Source of the DNA: a virus
Lineage: Duplodnaviria > Caudoviricetes
Virus record (IMG/VR): IMGVR_UViG_2675903375_000003
Coordinates: 1-64,000 of that record
Strand: one strand, 5' to 3'
DNA: 64,000 bases
The notes beneath the pieces were generated by a model that was given only the letters and a program-made list of their open reading frames with translations, was not told where the DNA came from and ran no database searches. The stretch's first letter is position 1, and each line of letters opens with the position of its first letter. Made by a program: the position numbers and the translations under genes. Positions 1 to 8,479 of the stretch are shown piece after piece.

Positions 1-41
1 ACAACCCCTGACCAGCAGAAACGTAAGAAGGGAACCCGTAC

Positions 42-554
42 GTGGACCAGCAGACCCGGACCGAACAGCGGCCGGGGACGGCGCCGCCGTCCCCGGCTCC
101 GACCCGCGTCCCCACCGCGCCCGCCCGGGTACAGCCGGTCCAGGCCCCGCCGAACCTCCTCGACCCGCCCACCTGGGGCCAGCGACTCCTGCCCAAGCAC
201 CTGCGGCAGGTCATGGCCGGCCTCGGCTGGTGGCGGGACCCCACCCCCCAACCCCCCTCCCTGCACCTCCTCCAGGTCCGCGAAGCCCTGACCCGGTACG
301 GCTGGTGCAAGAGCTTGGACGTGTCGCCGACCGGCCGGATGTGCATCCGTGGCTGCCAGGCCCTGCTGGAGAAGTCCGGGCACGTCACCCCCCATGCCCG
401 CGCCCGGGCGGAGCACTACATGCAGCACGTCCTCGCCCAGAACGGCGTGACCATGCCGTTCCACGCCTGGAACGACCTGCCCGAACGCACCTTCCCGCAC
501 GTCACAGCCCTGCTGACCAGCGCCTCCTACCAGGCCCGCGCAAACGGAGAGTGA
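42..554 (+). CDS. Hypothetical protein, DUF6197-like
   Basis: Clean ORF with GWCK...CIRG...AWND...RT pattern typical of actinomycete mobile-element proteins. Confidence 0.55.
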   Translation: MDQQTRTEQRPGTAPPSPAPTRVPTAPARVQPVQAPPNLLDPPTWGQRLLPKHLRQVMAGLGWWRDPTPQPPSLHLLQVREALTRYGWCKSLDVSPTGRMCIRGCQALLEKSGHVTPHARARAEHYMQHVLAQNGVTMPFHAWNDLPERTFPHVTALLTSASYQARANGE

Positions 555-555
555 A

Positions 556-1164
556 ATGAACACCCCCGACAACGACCCCGAATTCAGCGCCGTCATCAAC
601 AGCGGATACGGAATGAACACCGAAATGACCGACCCCAACCCCTACGGAATTCCGGCCCAGCCGGTAAAGCCGGGCCTGACCAAGCGCGGAAAGACTGCCC
701 TCGCTATCGGCGCCACCGTTCTCGCCGCCGGAGGACTCATGTCCTACCAGGCGTACGCCTCGTCCATGGCGGAATCCCAGGCCAAGGCCGACGAGATCGC
801 CCTCAAGGAGAAGGCTCTCGAGCTGGAAACCATGCGGGAAATGAACCGGGCGGCCGAGGCGCAGAAGAAGACCCAGTCCACGGAGATCAAGGCCCGCCAG
901 ACGTCCGTGGACAAGTGCATCAAGGACAAGGAAGACCTGGTGGGGAAGGGGCTCGGCTCGCCCACCTACCGGGACGTCGTCGACCTGTGCACCACCCAGT
1001 ACGCGGGCCCCGCCACCGACGGCAGCGACATGCAGGCCGCCGGATCCGCCCAGGACACCGGGGCCGGCGGCGGCGTCAACGACGGACTCCTGGTCGGCCT
1101 CGGCGTCCTCGGCCTCGGCGCCGTGTTCGCCGTCCGCAAGGGCAGCCGACCCGCCACCTCGTAG
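556..1164 (+). CDS. Membrane protein of the transfer region (two TM segments, coiled coil, Cys pair), Spd-like
   Basis: Hydrophobic ALAIGATVLAAGGL and LLVGLGVLGLGAVFAV followed by RK; RBS GGAG upstream. Confidence 0.6.
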   Translation: MNTPDNDPEFSAVINSGYGMNTEMTDPNPYGIPAQPVKPGLTKRGKTALAIGATVLAAGGLMSYQAYASSMAESQAKADEIALKEKALELETMREMNRAAEAQKKTQSTEIKARQTSVDKCIKDKEDLVGKGLGSPTYRDVVDLCTTQYAGPATDGSDMQAAGSAQDTGAGGGVNDGLLVGLGVLGLGAVFAVRKGSRPATS

Positions 1165-1284
1165 TTACTTCCCACCTACTTCCCACCCGGAACAGACCCC
1201 CGACCACGCCCCCACGCAGGCCATTCAGAGATCTTCTCCGGGTGGCCTGCCCAGTAGTAGTAGTCCACGAGAGCGAGGAATCTG

Positions 1285-3285
1285 ATGGCGAGCGACACGG
1301 CCCCCGCTGCCGCCTCCGGGCCGAACGACCCCGCCCACACCCCGCACACCCCGACCGGCCTGGCGGGTGTTCTGGCCCCTGTCCAGCCCGCCCGCCCGGC
1401 GCCCGCCACGTTCACCCTCGACCCCGCCAGCGCAGGAGCGCCGCAGGCCCAGGAGACGGCCGGTGGCGGGGCCTCCAGCGCCGCCTACCACGCCCCCGAC
1501 ACGGGGACCGGAAACGCTACCGGGAGCCGCACCTCGACCAATTCGGCCGCCAGTAAGGAGGGGGTATTCAAGACCATTCTCCGTGCGGCCGCCGAGCGGT
1601 GGCGCAGGGGTGCGGACATTCACGTGAAGCGGCTGGAGATGCAGAAGGCCCGCTACCAGGCCGCGCAGGTGAAGGAAACCCGTCAGGTCGTGGTGAACCG
1701 TTCTCCGGGAAACACTTCCGGTGGCGGTTCCGGGTCTGCTTCGGGCGGAAATCCGGGCGGCGGAAAGGGTAATTCTTCGGGATCTGGTTCCGGGGCGCAG
1801 AAGAATTCCAGCGGCGGCGGTCCGAAAGGCTCCGCCAATGGTGGCCGGGGGACCGGTTCCGGTGGTGGCAGCACGGGCAGTGCGGGCGGTCCCGGGAGCA
1901 AGGGCACCGGCTCGGGCTCTGGTGCTGGTGGTCGTGGGACGTCGGGCGGCGGGAAGGCCCCGGCCGCCGGCGGGAAGGCGCCGGGCACGGGCCCGGCAGG
2001 GAAGCCGTCCGGCCCGAAGCAGTCCCACGCCGGGCACGGCCAGAAGGACAGCGGCACCGGAGGCCAGACCAATGCCGGGGGACCGGGCAAGGACCGGAAG
2101 CCGTCGTCCGCCGGGAACACCGGCAGCACGGGCGGCCGGGGAAGCGACGGCAAGCAGGGCAAGGACGGCCAGCCCGGCAAGAGCACCGGATCGTCCGAGA
2201 AGACCGCAGGCGAGAAACCGAACAGCGACCGCCCGTGGAAGGACCGCACTGCGGCCGGCGAGACCAACGACAAGAAGACCCGCGACGGCGGCAGTTCGAA
2301 GGGCGGCACCCCGCAGCCCACCAACCCTGCCAAGGGCACCGACCCCAAGCAGAGCGACCCGAAGACCAGCGACGCGAAGGCCGATACATCGAAGGCGGGC
2401 GCCGCGAAGGCCGGTGAGGGCGCCGCGGGCTCCCCGCCCGCGGACCCGTCCAAGAAGCCCGGCACCCTGGACGCCGGGAAGACCGGCCAGGACCCTGCCA
2501 AGCCGGACACCCCCACCAGCCCGACCGCCGCACCCAAGAAGACCCCGTCGGCCCCCGGAACGTCCCCCCGCACCGGCAGCGGCAAGCGGCTGGACGTCCG
2601 GGCCTCCCGCGAAGCCGGATACCGCGACGGCGTCAGGACCGGCCGCGTCATCGCCCACATGGGCGCCTACCGCGACGGCGTACGCGACGGATACTCCGAC
2701 ACCCACGAAGCCGCCGACCGCCAGCGACAGCGCCTGGACCAGGCCCACGACACCCGCAAGCAGCAACGCCACACCGACACGAAGGGCCCCGAGGTGAGCG
2801 CCAAGACCAGCGCCGACCACCACCCCCAGCCTGTGCCCGTGCACCAGGTGACCGCCACCCACGTCACCTTCGGCGACGGCCAGTCCCGCACCCGCGGCGA
2901 GGTCCGCACCCTCAAGCAGTACGAACGCCGCCTGGAGGAGAAGGCCGACGGAATGCACCGCATCGCGGACGCCACCAAGAAGCTCCAGGCCCACGCCGAG
3001 GAACAGGCGAAGACAGCCACCGGCCTGCTCGAGCAGGCGAAGGCCATCAAGGGCGGCGAGAAGGTCACCTCCGTCCTGTCCCGCCTGGTCGACAAAGCCA
3101 CCAACCAGGCCCGCCTCGCCGGAAACCTGCAGCAGCGGGCCCTGCGCGCGGCGGAGAACACCACCGTCATCCTCGCCAACACCCAGACCCGGTACGGCTC
3201 CATCTACAAGGCCGTCGTCGACTCGCCCGAGACGAAGCCCGCCGAACTCCGCTTCTACCGCGACGGAGGCACCAGCAATGGCTGA
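1285..3285 (+). CDS. Gly/Ser/Lys-rich transfer-region protein with helical C-terminal domain
   Basis: 666 aa ORF with GAGG RBS; long low-complexity linker; overlaps the next gene. Confidence 0.7.
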   Translation: MASDTAPAAASGPNDPAHTPHTPTGLAGVLAPVQPARPAPATFTLDPASAGAPQAQETAGGGASSAAYHAPDTGTGNATGSRTSTNSAASKEGVFKTILRAAAERWRRGADIHVKRLEMQKARYQAAQVKETRQVVVNRSPGNTSGGGSGSASGGNPGGGKGNSSGSGSGAQKNSSGGGPKGSANGGRGTGSGGGSTGSAGGPGSKGTGSGSGAGGRGTSGGGKAPAAGGKAPGTGPAGKPSGPKQSHAGHGQKDSGTGGQTNAGGPGKDRKPSSAGNTGSTGGRGSDGKQGKDGQPGKSTGSSEKTAGEKPNSDRPWKDRTAAGETNDKKTRDGGSSKGGTPQPTNPAKGTDPKQSDPKTSDAKADTSKAGAAKAGEGAAGSPPADPSKKPGTLDAGKTGQDPAKPDTPTSPTAAPKKTPSAPGTSPRTGSGKRLDVRASREAGYRDGVRTGRVIAHMGAYRDGVRDGYSDTHEAADRQRQRLDQAHDTRKQQRHTDTKGPEVSAKTSADHHPQPVPVHQVTATHVTFGDGQSRTRGEVRTLKQYERRLEEKADGMHRIADATKKLQAHAEEQAKTATGLLEQAKAIKGGEKVTSVLSRLVDKATNQARLAGNLQQRALRAAENTTVILANTQTRYGSIYKAVVDSPETKPAELRFYRDGGTSNG

Positions 3286-3658
3286 CCTGACCTACAAGCA
3301 GCTGCTGCGGCAGTCCACCACCCTGGCCCGGCAGATCGTCCGCGACGCCGACGGCGTCCGCAAAGTCTCCCACCAGATCGAACAGGAAGCCGACGACACC
3401 GCCCGCCTGTCCCAGATGATCGCCGCGATGAAGGTCGACCCGGCCACCGTGTCGGAAACCCTCGACCTCGCCAAGATCATGCGCGGGCTGTCGGAAGCCG
3501 CCATCAAGTACGCGGCCGGCTCCGACGACACCGCCAAGGCCGCCCAGGCCACCTACGACGAGACCCGCAACGCCCACGGCGGCATCAACCAGGCCGTCAA
3601 CTCCTCCAACGTCACCGGCATCCACGACGTCCACCGCGACTGGTTCACCCAGGAATAA
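3278..3658 (+). CDS. Small helical conjugal-transfer accessory protein
   Basis: 126 aa helical-looking ORF with GGAGG RBS directly upstream of the FtsK-like ATPase. Confidence 0.6.
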   Translation: MADLTYKQLLRQSTTLARQIVRDADGVRKVSHQIEQEADDTARLSQMIAAMKVDPATVSETLDLAKIMRGLSEAAIKYAAGSDDTAKAAQATYDETRNAHGGINQAVNSSNVTGIHDVHRDWFTQE

Positions 3659-3723
3659 CCCCCTGACCCCCGGCCCCCACCCCTGGAGGAGGCCCCCTTC
3701 GACCGCCTTGGAGATCACCCGCC

Positions 3724-6006
3724 ATGCCCCACACCGCCGCCGCCCAGCCCCGCAGCTCCGTCACCGAACTGAACATCGCCCGCGCCCAGATCGTCGCCCC
3801 CATCGCCGTCGGCATCGCCGCGCCCTTCCTCAACGACAGCGCGGCCCTTGCCGCCGGCCTCGCCTACAGCGCCACCGCCACCTTCACCACCCTCAACTAC
3901 ATGCGCCGCCTGCCCGCCGCCCTCACCGCCCAGCTCCCGGCCGCCGACATCCTCGAGGCCCACAGCACCACCCTGGGCATCTCCACCGCCGCCACCGGCA
4001 TCAGCCTCACCCTCGGACTCCTCGGCGGCACCGCCGGAACCGACGCCCTCATGGCCGGCATCCTCGACCCCGCCAGCATCCCCGGCATCATCTCGCTGGG
4101 CTGGTGGGGCACCGTCGCCCTCATCCCCTACAAGCTCCGCAACGTCCTGCGTCGCCCCCGCGCACACCGCCCCGCCCCTCACCACCCCGCCGCCGTGGCC
4201 GTCCCCCTCACCGAAGAGGACTTGATCCTCCAGGCATGGGGCACCCACATCTCCCACCCCGCGCAAGGCACCAACCGCGAACAGATCCTCCAGGTCCGCA
4301 CCCTGTCCGCGACCCGCTGGACCGGCACCATCACCGCCCCCACCGGACAAGCCGTCACCGTCACCCCCGACACCGTCTCCAGCGTCTACCGGCTCCCCGC
4401 CCAATGGATCACCATCAAGCCCGGCGTCCACGCCGGCGAAGCCACCATCACCGTCAACCTGACCGCCCCCGCCGAGTTCGACCCCACCACCCTCGCCGGA
4501 GCCTGGCGCAAGTGGGCGGCACGCTCCGGCGGCGTCATGGCCGACACCCACCTCGAAGACGTCCAGGACGACCCCAACACCGGCGGCGAAGTCGCCTACG
4601 TCGTCGCCGGGGAATCCCTCGACAAGCTGCCCGTGCCCGACCGCGCCAGCCTCGCCGGAGCCCTGCGCACCAACACCCTGCTCTGCTCCTACAGCCCCGT
4701 CCCCGGCGACCCCCGCCGCGGCACCGTCCGTCTCATGAAGCACAACCCCCTCGAAGCCGGTGTCCCCTTCCCTGGCACCCACGTCCTGAAGATCTCCGAC
4801 GGCGGCTACGTCCAGATCGGCCGCCACGTCTCCGGATTCCCCGCCCGCATCCAGTTCGTCGACCCCAAGCTCGGCGCCAAGCACCTCTTCGTCGCCGGCG
4901 TCACCGGCTCCGGCAAGGGCGGCCTCATCCAGATCGTCGCCCTCGCCGACCACGTCAACGGCCACGCCATCCTCTACGCCGACCCCAAGGGATCCTCCAA
5001 CCCCGACGTCGAAGCCATGGCCTGCTACTCCGGCCTCGGAGACGACGGCTGCATGGGCCCCCTCCGCGTCGCCTACGCCCTGCTCCGCTGGCGGATCGCT
5101 GAATCCGCCCGCCTGAAGATGAAGAACTTCGTCCCCACCCCCGACCGGCCCTGGGTCCGCCTCATCCTCGACGAAGCCCACGTCCCCCTGTCCGAACTCG
5201 ACCAGCACAAGAAGGAAGCAGCGAAGATCCTGGAGGCTCTGGCGGCCAAGGCCCGCTCCCAGGGCATCATCCTCACGATCATCAATCAGGCCGTGAACGC
5301 CGACAAACTCGGCGGCTCCACCGCCCTGCGCACCAACGTCATCCAGGGCGGCTCCCTGGTCATGCTCCGCACCGACTCCGACCAGCGCCACCTCGTCACC
5401 ACCGGATTCGAAGGCGTCGACCCCGGCCAGATCCCCGCCGCCTGGGACGTCGACAAGCCCCTCGTCTACGACGAGAACGTCGCCATGCAGGACCCCGAGT
5501 CCACCTTCGGCCTCGGCTACACCCTCGGCCCGGGCGGCGCCGCCGAGATGATGCGCGACTTCATCCTCGAATCCGCCGCCCCCTACATCGACCCCACCGC
5601 CGTCGCCCACCCGGCCGACTGGCCCGACTGGGACGACCGGCACGAGATCGCCGCCACCAGCATCCTCGGCGAGGACGACGACACGGACGCCGACCTCACC
5701 GGCGGCCCGGCCAGCAGCATCATCAGCGGAATCGACCTCAGCCCGAGGAAGGACCCGACCGCCGAGGAGAAGATCCTCGCCGCCCTGCAGAACTCCGCCG
5801 ACCCGCTCGGCCTCGAGCCCGTCTACCTCCACAAGAGCGACATCGGAAAGATCGCCAGGCTGGAGGGATCCACCCTCGACAACACCCTCTCCCGCCTCGT
5901 CACCGCCGACCGGATCCACCGCCAGCCCGGCACCGGACGCGACGTCCGCGGCCGCTACGGCCACGGCCCGGCCCCCACCCTCGACAGCACCGAAGACGAC
6001 GAATAG
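3724..6006 (+). CDS. FtsK/SpoIIIE-like conjugative DNA translocase (TraB-like)
   Basis: N-terminal TM segments, Walker A GVTGSGKG, Walker B LILDEAH, C-terminal winged-helix-like tail. Confidence 0.8.
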   Translation: MPHTAAAQPRSSVTELNIARAQIVAPIAVGIAAPFLNDSAALAAGLAYSATATFTTLNYMRRLPAALTAQLPAADILEAHSTTLGISTAATGISLTLGLLGGTAGTDALMAGILDPASIPGIISLGWWGTVALIPYKLRNVLRRPRAHRPAPHHPAAVAVPLTEEDLILQAWGTHISHPAQGTNREQILQVRTLSATRWTGTITAPTGQAVTVTPDTVSSVYRLPAQWITIKPGVHAGEATITVNLTAPAEFDPTTLAGAWRKWAARSGGVMADTHLEDVQDDPNTGGEVAYVVAGESLDKLPVPDRASLAGALRTNTLLCSYSPVPGDPRRGTVRLMKHNPLEAGVPFPGTHVLKISDGGYVQIGRHVSGFPARIQFVDPKLGAKHLFVAGVTGSGKGGLIQIVALADHVNGHAILYADPKGSSNPDVEAMACYSGLGDDGCMGPLRVAYALLRWRIAESARLKMKNFVPTPDRPWVRLILDEAHVPLSELDQHKKEAAKILEALAAKARSQGIILTIINQAVNADKLGGSTALRTNVIQGGSLVMLRTDSDQRHLVTTGFEGVDPGQIPAAWDVDKPLVYDENVAMQDPESTFGLGYTLGPGGAAEMMRDFILESAAPYIDPTAVAHPADWPDWDDRHEIAATSILGEDDDTDADLTGGPASSIISGIDLSPRKDPTAEEKILAALQNSADPLGLEPVYLHKSDIGKIARLEGSTLDNTLSRLVTADRIHRQPGTGRDVRGRYGHGPAPTLDSTEDDE

Positions 6007-6313
6007 CCGCCAGGGGATAGCGGCTCAGACAAACCCGCCCCCGTACGGCACCATCAGGAAGTGCACGGCCCGAACTCCTCAACGGGTTAACGTCCCCGCG
6101 CCGACCCACAGCGGACACCGGGCCGTGCACACCCCCCACCTCGGAACCGCCCACCCCCGGGGCCCACCGAGCAAGAGGCCCTCCCGTGCACCCATCCCCC
6201 CGGCGCGCAGGAGGGCCTCACCCATACCCGGGGAACCCCACACCCAACATCAGCGATCATTCAAGGAGAGGCGCGGGGCCCCTACAACCACACAACGCGG
6301 GAGCCCCACCGCC

Positions 6314-6871
6314 ATGGCCCACAACAAAGCCAAGCTCGCCCAAGTCGCATCCCGGCGCACCGAGCTGATCAAACTCCGCCTCCAGGGCATCCGGTTCGAC
6401 GACGAACGCGTCCTTGAGCTCGGATACACCAACAGCGGCAGCGCCCGGAAAGATCTCATCCGCGCCCTCGAACAGCACCGCGAGGAAGAAGCCGCGGCCA
6501 TCGGCGTCTACAGGCAGCAGGAGAACGAACGCCTCGACGCCCTCCTCGAAGCCGTCTGGAACCGGGCCACCGTCCCCCACCCGATCTTCGACAAGGAAGG
6601 CGTCCAGCTCGGCGAAGAGATCGACGTCCGGGCCATCGACACCGTCATCCGCCTCATCGACCGGCGCGCCAAGCTCAACGGCCTCGACATGCCCGTCAAG
6701 GCCGAAGTCACCGGCGCCGACGGCGGCCCCCTGGCCATGGTCACCGCCAGCCCCGACGAACTCGCTGACCTCATCGCCGCCACCAGCCGGCTTGACGTCG
6801 CCCAGCCCGCCAACACCAAGACCTCCACACCTGACGAGGACGACGACGAAGACGAGGAATCGGAAGGGTGA
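6314..6871 (+). CDS. Terminase small subunit
   Basis: HTH-like N-terminus, RRAKLNGLD..EVTGADGGP motif, overlaps the large-subunit gene; ATG at 6314 preferred. Confidence 0.75.
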   Translation: MAHNKAKLAQVASRRTELIKLRLQGIRFDDERVLELGYTNSGSARKDLIRALEQHREEEAAAIGVYRQQENERLDALLEAVWNRATVPHPIFDKEGVQLGEEIDVRAIDTVIRLIDRRAKLNGLDMPVKAEVTGADGGPLAMVTASPDELADLIAATSRLDVAQPANTKTSTPDEDDDEDEESEG

Positions 6872-8400
6872 CCACCGCCCTTGAGGACCAGGTAGCCGTC
6901 TACCGGACCCTGCCGCCGCAGCAGCGCACCGAAATGGCCCGGCAGGCCAGCAACGAGATGCGGAAAGTCCTTGCCTGGGCCGAACGGCAGATGGCCATGG
7001 AACGCTCGCCCGGCTCCATGGCCGCCGTCCTCACCGGCGGCCGCGAGTGGCAGGCCCGCCACCTCGACCTGATCGACAAGGCGTTCATCCGGATCGCCAA
7101 CGGCGAACGCATGCGCGTCCTGCTGAACATGCCGCCCCGGCACGGAAAGAGCGTCCGGGCGGCCCGGTGGGCGCCCCTGTGGTACCTGGCCCGGCACCCG
7201 GACCACCGCGTCATGATCGCCTCGTATGCGGCCAAGCTCGCGGAAGGGCACGGCCGGTGGATCCGTGACGCGATCCGCGCCCACGGGCCGGAGATCGGCA
7301 TCCAGCTGCGGTACGGATCCCAGGCCGCCAACCGCTTCGATCTCGAAGACACCGCCGGCGGCCTGGTCACCGCGGGCGTCGGCGGATCACTCACCGGCAT
7401 GGGCGCCAACGTCGCCATCGTCGACGACCCCCTGAAAGACGCCAAGGAGGCCGACAGCCCGGTCAAGCTCGCCAACCTGTGGGACTGGTGGCAGCAAGTC
7501 GTCAACACCCGCATGGAACCCAACGGATCAATCATCGTCATCCAGACCAGATGGTCACAGAACGACCTGGCCGGCCGCATTCTCCAGGACGGCGCCCGCG
7601 GCTGGACCGTCCTCAACCTGCCCGCCGTCGCCATGACCGAAGGCGACCCCCTCGGCCGCGCCATCGGCGAACCTCTCTGGCCCGAACGGTTCCGCCGCAA
7701 GCACCTGCGCCGCTTCAAGAAAGACGTCGGCGAACGCGGATGGTGGGCCCTCTACCAGCAAGAACCCAGACCCCTCGAAGGAGGCGTCTGGAAATGGCCG
7801 TGGATCACCGAGAACCGCATCACCCCGCAAGCGTTCCGCGGCGTCGACCTCACCCGCACCGTCGTCGCCATCGACACCGCCGGCGGCCGCGAAGATAGCG
7901 ACGAAGTCGGCATCGTCGGAGCCGGCCGCGACGCCGCCGGAGAGATCTACGTCCTCGCCGACCGGTCCAAGAAGATGGGCGCAGCCGAATGGGGGCGTAC
8001 CGGCTGCCTCCTCGCCATCGAACTCCAGGCCGACGCCTTCGTCGTCGAGTCCAACTTCGGCGGCGACATGGCCGCACAGATCCTCCGCCAAGCCTGGGCC
8101 GAACTCGAACGCGAAGGCGTCACCAAGGGCCTGCTGATGCCCCGCATCATCGAGGTCACCGCCAAGGTCGGCAAACGGCTCCGCGCCGAACCCGTCGCCC
8201 AGATCTACGAGAACGGTCACGCGCACCACGTCGGCGAGTTCCCCGGCCTGGAAGTCCAGTACGTCTCCTGGATCCCCGGCATGGACTCCCCAGACCGGCT
8301 CGACGCCGCCGTACACGCCATCACCGAACTCGCCGACCCCACCCAGCAAAGCATCGGCGGCAGCAGCTACGCCGACAACCGTCTCGGAGGCCGCCGCTGA
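6868..8400 (+). CDS. terL: Terminase large subunit
   Basis: Walker A PPRHGKS, Walker B IVDDP, QTRW coupling motif, nuclease acidic motifs VAIDTA and DRLDA. Confidence 0.95.
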   Translation: MTTALEDQVAVYRTLPPQQRTEMARQASNEMRKVLAWAERQMAMERSPGSMAAVLTGGREWQARHLDLIDKAFIRIANGERMRVLLNMPPRHGKSVRAARWAPLWYLARHPDHRVMIASYAAKLAEGHGRWIRDAIRAHGPEIGIQLRYGSQAANRFDLEDTAGGLVTAGVGGSLTGMGANVAIVDDPLKDAKEADSPVKLANLWDWWQQVVNTRMEPNGSIIVIQTRWSQNDLAGRILQDGARGWTVLNLPAVAMTEGDPLGRAIGEPLWPERFRRKHLRRFKKDVGERGWWALYQQEPRPLEGGVWKWPWITENRITPQAFRGVDLTRTVVAIDTAGGREDSDEVGIVGAGRDAAGEIYVLADRSKKMGAAEWGRTGCLLAIELQADAFVVESNFGGDMAAQILRQAWAELEREGVTKGLLMPRIIEVTAKVGKRLRAEPVAQIYENGHAHHVGEFPGLEVQYVSWIPGMDSPDRLDAAVHAITELADPTQQSIGGSSYADNRLGGRR

Positions 8401-8428
8401 CCCCCGCCAAGGGAACCCCGACCAGCAA

Positions 8429-8460
8429 GGCCCGTACCCTGATCCATAGGCGTGGGGCCT
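8429..8460 (+). promoter_or_regulatory. Putative late promoter (-10 TACCCT) followed by an AGGC-GTGGG-GCCT hairpin
   Basis: GGCCCGTACCCTGATC recurs as GGCCCGTAACCTGATC at 29702; the hairpin recurs at about 10394. Confidence 0.5.
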
Positions 8461-8479
8461 GCGAGTGAAGGACATCTCT

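Noticed and set aside
6007-6130. tRNA gene (GGGGATAG resembles a D-loop)
   Set aside because: No GTTCRA T-loop and no cloverleaf could be built
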